Shown one piece after another: positions 58,134 through 64,000 of a DNA stretch of 64,000 nt. Source of the stretch: an uncultured Chlorobiaceae bacterium (GTDB lineage: Bacteria > Bacteroidota > Chlorobiia > Chlorobiales > Chlorobiaceae); contig CAIRXW010000024.1 in assembly GCA_903882665.1 (NCBI GenBank), positions 32,217 to 96,216 on the forward strand, written 5' to 3'. Position numbers and translations under genes: made by a program. How positions within the stretch are numbered: the first letter of the stretch is position 1; every line of letters begins with the position of its first letter. Below the pieces are notes generated by a model, which was given only the letters and a program-made list of their open reading frames with translations, ran no database searches and was not told the DNA's origin.

Positions 58134-58207
58134 GGGCCCTTAGCTCAGTTGGTCAGAGCAAGCGACTCATAATCGCTGGGTCGTAGGTTCAAGTCCTACA
58201 GGGCCCA
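58134..58207 (+). tRNA. tRNA with anticodon CAT, most like tRNA-Ile2 (lysidine-modified); formally tRNA-Met(CAT)
   Basis: Cloverleaf by hand: acceptor GGGCCCT/AGGGCCC, D-arm GCTCAGTTGGTCAGAGC, anticodon arm GCGAC-TCATAAT-CGC.., T-arm GTAGGTTCAAGTCCTAC. The anticodon stem and T-arm resemble E. coli ileX more than elongator tRNA-Met, judged from memory. Confidence 0.85.
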
Positions 58208-58240
58208 CCGAATTGTGAATGACTGAAAAAGATATTACCT

Positions 58241-58317
58241 GGCGTGTTCGTCTAGTGGCCCAGGACATCGCCCTCTCAAGGCGAAGATCACGGGTTCGAA
58301 TCCCGTACACGCTACCA
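58241..58317 (+). tRNA. tRNA-Glu (anticodon CTC), CCA encoded
   Basis: GGCGTGT-TC-GTCTAGTGGCCCAGGAC-A-TCGCC-CTCTCAA-GGCGA-AGATC-ACGGGTTCGAATCCCGT-ACACGCT-A-CCA. The D-arm is typical of tRNA-Glu. Confidence 0.9.
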
Positions 58318-58324
58318 TTACCAT

Positions 58325-58398
58325 GCACCCGTAGCTCAATTGGATAGAGCATCTGACTACGAATCAGAAGGTTAGAGGTTCGACTCCTCTCGGGTGCA
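58325..58398 (+). tRNA. tRNA-Arg (anticodon ACG)
   Basis: GCACCCG-TA-GCTCAATTGGATAGAGC-A-TCTGA-CTACGAA-TCAGA-AGGTT-AGAGGTTCGACTCCTCT-CGGGTGC-A. Confidence 0.9.
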
Positions 58399-58445
58399 CA
58401 ACTCTCACCTCTTTAAGGCTTAACAGCTTTTCTCTTTCTCTGGCA

Positions 58446-59339
58446 ATGTTTGACCTTGCGTTTCTTCTTGCACCAGCCTATACGATATTTTTTCTTGGAA
58501 TGCTGTTGCGTAAAACATCAGTTTTTGATGATTATGCAGCAGATGTTCTTTTTCGACTTGTTCACCAGTTGACGCTTCCCGCACTCCTGCTTTCTGTTCT
58601 TCCCTATGTGGCCATCAGCCGCACAATGTATTTACTTCCTCTCATCTCGATCATCCTTATCCTTGCAACAATTGCTGCCGCAACGCTCGCCGCAAAAGCT
58701 TCCGGGATGAATAATAAGAGTTGGGCCGTGCTTGTGAGTGGATCATCCATCATGAATCTTGGCTTTGTCATGCCCTTTATCCAGTCATTTTACGGTGACG
58801 ACGGTCTTGCCCGACTCTTTCTCTTTGGTATTCCGAATGGCTTGTCGGCCTGTGCGATCGCATACACTTTTGCCGGAAAAGAGGGTGGCGCTTGTAAAAA
58901 AGAGCTGAATAAAAAACTCATGGTCTCTCCTCCCCTTCTGACCCTGATCGCTGCTCTCCTGATGAATGCTTTCGGCCTGCATCCCGCACCCATTGCAGTC
59001 GCAGTACTGCACTCTATAGGCGGACTGACCATACCTCTCATACTTCTCGGACTCGGTGCATCGTTCAGGATTTCGAAAGTCAACCCATTCCATCTTGCTG
59101 CCGCCATCACCTTGCGCATGTTGCTCGGACTCGCTCTCGGAGTGTGGCTGGCCAACTTGTTTCATCTTGAGGGGCTTGACCGGGCCATTGCCGTGCTTTC
59201 GGCTTCCGCTCCGGCAGGGTTCGATATCATGCGTCTTGCCTCCAAGGAAAAACTTGACCTTGAATATGCTGCAACATTTGCAACTTCATGCATGATCGCC
59301 TCAATGCTTCTCGTCCCGCTTCTTCTCACTATTCTCTAA
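58446..59339 (+). CDS. AEC (auxin efflux carrier) family permease
   Basis: 297 aa, about 8-10 TM helices, with an N-terminal MFDLAFLLAPAYTIFFLGMLLRK pattern. Confidence 0.75.
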   Translation: MFDLAFLLAPAYTIFFLGMLLRKTSVFDDYAADVLFRLVHQLTLPALLLSVLPYVAISRTMYLLPLISIILILATIAAATLAAKASGMNNKSWAVLVSGSSIMNLGFVMPFIQSFYGDDGLARLFLFGIPNGLSACAIAYTFAGKEGGACKKELNKKLMVSPPLLTLIAALLMNAFGLHPAPIAVAVLHSIGGLTIPLILLGLGASFRISKVNPFHLAAAITLRMLLGLALGVWLANLFHLEGLDRAIAVLSASAPAGFDIMRLASKEKLDLEYAATFATSCMIASMLLVPLLLTIL

Positions 59340-59394
59340 AAAAAGAAAAAAGGAAATTGAAATAAATTATTTTTTTATATATTCAGCTCACCAT

Positions 59395-59468
59395 TGAGGA
59401 GTGGCCAAATTGGTAAGGCTCCTGATTCTGGATCAGGCAATTTGCAGGTTCGAGTCCTGCCTCCTCAG
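59395..59468 (+). tRNA. tRNA-Gln (anticodon CTG)
   Basis: TGAGGAG..GCCAAATTGGTAAGGC..CCTGA-TTCTGGA-TCAGG..GCAGGTTCGAGTCCTGC-CTCCTCA-G. The layout parallels E. coli tRNA-Gln. Confidence 0.88.
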
Positions 59469-59479
59469 CAAAAAAAAGT

Positions 59480-59506
59480 CAGAACAAGCGTTCTGTCTTT
59501 TTTTTT
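59480..59506 (+). terminator. Terminator-like hairpin after tRNA-Gln
   Basis: cagaac-aagc-gttctg followed by tcT9. Confidence 0.6.
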
Positions 59507-59858
59507 GTCTGAAATTCAGTTGATCCCGTTTACTCCATTTCCCTTTTTTCAAGCCAGCCACCTTCCGTCTGCGGATGCGCACTTCAGCCCAATCAGGCGT
59601 CGCCACCAAAAGATATCAATCCCTTTCAAGCATAATCGGGACAAGATCGGCGAGAAAATAACCTGGCCTGCCCACACTAACAAGGCATGCAGTTCCGCAC
59701 CGGGCGAGTAGTTGAAATAATAAGTGGCGTGAAAGCGGGCAAAAGCCCATAAGGCGGACTATTGCTAACCGTCTGGTATACCTGCAGCAGCTTGATTCGG
59801 AGAATGCAGAATCAAACAAAATGGTTGCAAGAGTTGCAACCGGGCTTGTTGGACGCAC

Positions 59859-59890
59859 AAAAAAAAGAGACAGAACTCTCGTTCTGTCTC
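59859..59890 (-). terminator. Rho-independent terminator of the lipoprotein gene
   Basis: gagacagaac (59867-59876) pairs with gttctgtctc (59881-59890). The A8 run on the plus strand becomes a U-run after the hairpin on the minus strand. Confidence 0.75.
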
Positions 59891-59920
59891 TTTGTCATAA
59901 GAGACCGGATAACCGGAAAC

Positions 59921-60133
59921 TTATTTTGCTGCTGGTGCTGCTGGTGCCTCTGCTGCAGGTGCTGCTGGTGCGGCAGGTGCTTCTGCTGCTGGTGCGGCAG
60001 GTGCTGCTGGTGCGGCAGGTGCTGCTGCTGGAGCTTCTACAGGTGCTTCTACAGGTGCTTCAGTTTTTTTTGCGCAACCGCTTACGGCAGCAACTGAGCT
60101 TAAAAGAAAGAGGAAAATGAAAAGTTTTTTCAT
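59921..60133 (-). CDS. Small lipoprotein with an Ala/Pro-rich repeat tail
   Basis: 70 aa. Signal peptide plus lipobox MKKLFIFLFLLSSVAAVSGC, then (APVE)2 and repeated AAPAAPAAE units. Confidence 0.7.
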   Translation of the reverse strand: MKKLFIFLFLLSSVAAVSGCAKKTEAPVEAPVEAPAAAPAAPAAPAAPAAEAPAAPAAPAAEAPAAPAAK

Positions 60134-60274
60134 TGCTATTATTATTTTTGTTGTTTGATAATTGACAGCTTCATCAGCTCTCGAATAATAAAAAAAAACA
60201 GCGACTTTTCAAAAGCCTACTGTAGGGCGGAATATGCAAAAAAATTTCACATCCCGCTTTAATAAATGTTTTTT

Positions 60275-62845
60275 TTACTCAACAAGCAACTCTAATTCTG
60301 ATTTTTCAAGCTTGTGAAAGTTAAGATATCGATAAATGTTCTCTTCTTTTCCACCTGAAAGATGCCGATTAAATATCTCCATATATTCATCTTTGTTCGG
60401 CAAATGACCAAGAAGCGCGCATACTGCGGCAAGCTCTGCAGAACCGAGATAGACTTGAGCGCCAGTACCCATGCGATTATCGAAGTTCCTGGTGCTGGTA
60501 GAAAAAACTACTGCGTTATCAGCTACCCTTGCCTGGTTGCCCATGCAGAGTGAACATCCTGGACGCTCAATACGCGCGCCGGATGCACCAAATACCGAGT
60601 AATAGCCCTCCTCAACCAGTTTTATCATGTCCATCTTTGTAGGCGGAACAATCCAAAGCTTTACGGGTGCAACACCCTTATTGCGCAAAATTTCGCCAAG
60701 AGCGCGGAAATGACCGATGTTGGTCATGCAGCTTCCGACAAAGACCTCATCAATGACTTTCGGCATAGTATCAGAAAGCAACACCTCACTGAGCGTTTTG
60801 ACATCGTCAGGATCATTGGGACAGGCAAGAATCGGTTCGGTGACTTTGCTCATATCAATTTCGATCACTGCGGCATATTCTGCGTCAGCATCAGGCTCAA
60901 GAAGAACGGGGTTTTCAAGCCAGGCATTCATCTTGCCAATACGACGTTGCAGGGTCTCTGCATCGCCATAGCCCTGCTCAATCATTTCTTCGAGCAATTT
61001 GGCGTTCGAGCTGAGATATTCGATTACCGGCTCTTTATCGAGCTGGACAGTACATGCGGCAGCGCTCCGTTCAGCAGAAGCATCACTGAGCTCAAAAGCC
61101 TGTTCAACCTTGAGTTTCGGCAACCCTTCGATTTCAAGAATACGGCCAGCAAAAATATTTTTCTTGCCTTTCTTTTCGACCGTCAGCAAGCCTTGCTTGA
61201 TGGCCACATAGGGAATAGCGTTAACCAGATCGCGCAGCGTAATCCCTTTCTGCAGCTCACCGGTAAAACGCACAAGCACCGATTCAGGAACATTCAGTGG
61301 CATGCTTCCGGTAACACCGGCAAAAGCGACAAGTCCGGAGCCTGCAGGGAAGGAAATACCTATTGGAAAACGGGTATGGGAATCAGCACCGGTACCGAGC
61401 GTATCGGGCAGCACCATACGGTTCAGCCACGTGTGAATAACTCCGTCTCCGGGTTTAAGCGAAACGCCGCCCCTGCTCATAATAAAGTACGGGAGGCTTC
61501 TGTGCAACTTTACATCAGAAGGCTTTGGATAGGCTGATGTATGGCAAAAGCTTTGCATCAAAAGATCTGCGCTGAAACTCAGTGCCGCAAACTCTTTGAC
61601 CTCATCACGGGTCATGGCACCCGTTGTATCCTGTGAACCAACCGTCAGTGTCTCCGGTTCAACATACATACCCGGACGCACACCCGGCATGCCACAGGCC
61701 TTGCCAATCATTTTCTGGGCAAGCGTATACCCTTTACCGCTGTCTGCTGGCTGTTCCGGACGCAGGAAAATATTGTCTTCACCAAATCCCAGAGCTTTTC
61801 TTGCCTTTCTGGTCAGGGTTCTGCCAATAATCAGTGGAATGCGTCCTCCGGCACGCACCTCGTCAGCAATCGTATTCGGTGAAAGTTCGAAACGTGCAAT
61901 GACCTCCCCATTCTTCTCTATGGTACCGTTCGAAAGATAGAGATCAATAACATCACCCATCTCCATTGCCGTTACATCAGCCTCAATGGGCAATGCCCCG
62001 GAATCCTCTGCCGTATTAAAAAATATGGGAGCAATGATACTTCCTATCACCACACCGCCAGTCCGTTTATTCGGTACTGCCGCAATATCGTTACCAATGT
62101 GCCATTGAACCGAGTTTATACCCGACTTCCGGCTTGATCCGGTACCGACAACATCGCCCACATAAGCAAGCGGATGACCTTTTGTTTTCAGTTCGGCAAT
62201 GGTTTCTATCGGATCGGTTATTTTGGTACCAAGCATACAGCGGGCATGAAGGGGGATATCACTGCGGGTAAAGGCCTCGCTCGCCGGTGAGAGATCATCA
62301 GTATTAGTTTCTCCTGGCACTTTGAAAACCGTAAGGGTCAGTTTTTCCGGCAGGGTGGGCTTTGCGGTAAACCATTCGGCTTCTGCCCACGATTTGAGCA
62401 CCTCTTTGGCATAAGGGTTGGTTGTTGAGAGGTCAACCACAGCATCAAACAGGTCATAAACCAGAAGAGTATTTTTCAGCATCGCAGCAGCTTCGCTGCA
62501 TATTGAAGAGTCATCATGGCTGAGCGCATCAACAAGTGGCTTGACATTATAGCCGCCAAGCATGGTACCCAGAATTCTGACCGCCTCTACCTTATCGATC
62601 ACGGTACAGGATGCCTCACCTTTGAGAATGGCATCAAGAAAAGCGGCTTTTTCAAAAGCGGCCTCATCAACACCCGGACTGATATGCTCACGAAATAACT
62701 CAAGCAGATACTCTTTTTCCTCAACAACATCCTGCTTGAGCAGGCCAACAAGCAAACGAGCCTGTTCAACAGTCAACGGTAACGGTGGAATGCTGAGCTT
62801 GGCCCGCTCTTCGGTATGCGCGCGATATTGGTCTACAAGACTCAT
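60275..62845 (-). CDS. acnB: Aconitate hydratase B (bifunctional aconitase 2 / 2-methylisocitrate dehydratase)
   Basis: 856 aa. The N-terminal AcnB-specific HEAT/swivel region ([18 protein letters not shown]) and the Fe-S ligand regions GSCMTN and [11 protein letters not shown]. Confidence 0.92.
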   Translation of the reverse strand: MSLVDQYRAHTEERAKLSIPPLPLTVEQARLLVGLLKQDVVEEKEYLLELFREHISPGVDEAAFEKAAFLDAILKGEASCTVIDKVEAVRILGTMLGGYNVKPLVDALSHDDSSICSEAAAMLKNTLLVYDLFDAVVDLSTTNPYAKEVLKSWAEAEWFTAKPTLPEKLTLTVFKVPGETNTDDLSPASEAFTRSDIPLHARCMLGTKITDPIETIAELKTKGHPLAYVGDVVGTGSSRKSGINSVQWHIGNDIAAVPNKRTGGVVIGSIIAPIFFNTAEDSGALPIEADVTAMEMGDVIDLYLSNGTIEKNGEVIARFELSPNTIADEVRAGGRIPLIIGRTLTRKARKALGFGEDNIFLRPEQPADSGKGYTLAQKMIGKACGMPGVRPGMYVEPETLTVGSQDTTGAMTRDEVKEFAALSFSADLLMQSFCHTSAYPKPSDVKLHRSLPYFIMSRGGVSLKPGDGVIHTWLNRMVLPDTLGTGADSHTRFPIGISFPAGSGLVAFAGVTGSMPLNVPESVLVRFTGELQKGITLRDLVNAIPYVAIKQGLLTVEKKGKKNIFAGRILEIEGLPKLKVEQAFELSDASAERSAAACTVQLDKEPVIEYLSSNAKLLEEMIEQGYGDAETLQRRIGKMNAWLENPVLLEPDADAEYAAVIEIDMSKVTEPILACPNDPDDVKTLSEVLLSDTMPKVIDEVFVGSCMTNIGHFRALGEILRNKGVAPVKLWIVPPTKMDMIKLVEEGYYSVFGASGARIERPGCSLCMGNQARVADNAVVFSTSTRNFDNRMGTGAQVYLGSAELAAVCALLGHLPNKDEYMEIFNRHLSGGKEENIYRYLNFHKLEKSELELLVE

Positions 62846-63086
62846 AAGGTCAATCTCCCAGTGTTATGTGTGTTTGAAATAAATGCACTTCAAGAAAATG
62901 CCGGGAAGGCTTCTCTGCTGTCACGCAACAAGCGGACAACTTTAAAAATACCATACCTCCCTTTTATAAACAAGAACAGCTCTTTTCGATACCAGCGGAA
63001 ACAACTAATTTTTTCAGGACAGGGATTATTTCAGCCTCTCTCTTTAAGGCTGAGAGGGAAACGACGCGATTGTGTAAAACAAAATT

Positions 63087-64000
63087 CTAAGCAATAAACA
63101 TGCTGTCACCATAACTGAGAAAGCTGTACCCTTCGCCGAGCGCTTCGCAATAGGCATTGCGCAGGTTATCAGGGCCTGCAAATGCCGCGGTAAGCATCAG
63201 TACCGTTGATCGAGGCGCATGAAAGTTGGTCAGAAGGCAATCAACAATACGGAATCGATAACCGGGATAGATAAAAATATCGGCTTCGCCCGTCAGCGGT
63301 TCATCTCCTTCAAACCTCTCAATGCGCTGACCGGCATGTTCAAGTGCCCTGGTAACCGTAGTACCGACTGCAACAACCCTTCCGCCGACAGTTTTTACCT
63401 TGCGAATTTTTTCAGCACACTCCGGCGGTATTGAGTAATATTCTCGATGCATGACATGTTCCTCAAGCGCATCAACCCTGACAGGAAGAAAGGTCCCCAG
63501 GCCAACATGCAGGGTGAGGGTAACGACAGCAACGCCTTTGCTGCGAAGTTTTTCAAGCAGTTCGGATGTCATGTTCAGGGAAGCTGTCGGCGCAGCTACA
63601 GAGCCTGGCAATTCGGCAAATACGGTCTGGTAACGCTCACGGTCAACCTCCTCTGCCTCCCGTTTAAGATAGGGTGGAATGGGCACTCCCCCGAAACAAT
63701 CGAAAAGGTCATGAAGCGATCGCTCCCCGCAAAGGGCAATACGAGCAATTCCGTGATCGACAAGCTCTGTCACCAGCAGATCATGATCGTGCGCCATGAG
63801 TGTATCGCCTTTTTTCAGCTTCCCGCGATAAAGCACCAGATTTTGCTCCTCACCGTGCTTCTCAAGAAGCATCAGCTCAATCTTCGCGCCAGTCGGCTTG
63901 CAGGCAAAGAGCCTCGCCCGGATCACTCTGGTATTGTTCAGCACAAGCAGGTCTCCCTGCTGCAAAAAAGCATCCAGGCCGGCATAGGAGGCATGCTCAA
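63087..64000 (-). CDS. queA: S-adenosylmethionine:tRNA ribosyltransferase-isomerase; N-terminus lies outside the window
   Basis: ...[17 protein letters not shown]..., PLPPYL-like [61 protein letters not shown]. Confidence 0.9.
   Translation of the reverse strand, partial: EHASYAGLDAFLQQGDLLVLNNTRVIRARLFACKPTGAKIELMLLEKHGEEQNLVLYRGKLKKGDTLMAHDHDLLVTELVDHGIARIALCGERSLHDLFDCFGGVPIPPYLKREAEEVDRERYQTVFAELPGSVAAPTASLNMTSELLEKLRSKGVAVVTLTLHVGLGTFLPVRVDALEEHVMHREYYSIPPECAEKIRKVKTVGGRVVAVGTTVTRALEHAGQRIERFEGDEPLTGEADIFIYPGYRFRIVDCLLTNFHAPRSTVLMLTAAFAGPDNLRNAYCEALGEGYSFLSYGDSMFIA

Noticed and set aside
58167-58352. 61-aa minus-strand ORF
   Set aside because: It lies across the tRNA-Ile2/Glu/Arg genes. 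It is an artefact.
59930-60060. Possible CRISPR-like or other non-coding repeat array
   Set aside because: The repeat units are only about 9-15 nt, have no spacers, and are in-frame coding repeats of the lipoprotein. I saw no CRISPR array anywhere in the window.
59762-60120. Cys/Leu/Trp-rich plus-strand ORFs (111 aa and 99 aa)
   Set aside because: They are alternative or antisense frames of the Ala-Pro tandem repeat of the lipoprotein gene, and they span its terminator.
60710-61537. 275-aa plus-strand ORF
   Set aside because: It is antisense to acnB.

Overview
This 64-kb chromosomal window has core genes that resemble a green sulfur bacterium (Chlorobiaceae-like). That assignment is an inference from a CsmB/F-like chlorosome protein, AcnB, a class II RNR, a pyruvoyl arginine decarboxylase and a DUF4293-like protein.

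Housekeeping flanks:
- 1-4.5 kb: ABC ATPase, htpX, pdxA, ftsE.
- 31-64 kb: flavoprotein, alpha/beta hydrolase, nrdJ, GH24 lysozyme, pepD, KAS III, nadA, mreC-mreD-mrdA, FAD oxidase, smpB, tyrS, pdaD, dedA, nadB, nadE, M23 peptidase, murA, tRNA-Ile2/Glu/Arg, AEC permease, tRNA-Gln, acnB, queA.

Between the flanks lies a ~26-kb accessory/defence island (about 4.5-30.8 kb) in which I recognise no integrase or transposase. It contains three parts:
1. A GC-rich Wadjet jetABCD locus. It is split between jetB and jetC by a 2.1-kb AT-rich three-ORF membrane-protein cassette, bounded by diverged 186-bp duplications of the jetB/jetC junction. jetC is additionally frameshifted in a G5 run.
2. Immediately downstream, an AT-rich five-gene minus-strand operon: a UDG-superfamily-like protein, two paralogous ABC-type ATPases with DUF3696-type C-termini, a protein with a RelE/ParE-like C-terminus, and a FAN1-like VRR-NUC nuclease. 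I cannot assign it to any named defence system, and it is my best candidate for an undescribed system.
3. A toxin-antitoxin graveyard (PIN, RelE, ParE-like, HicAB, YgiT/DUF4258, DUF4160/DUF2442). Several toxins are inactivated by nonsense or frameshift mutations, and duplicated gene fragments are interspersed, including a third, 170-bp jetC fragment.

All product calls come from reading motifs in the translations by eye; no database search was possible.
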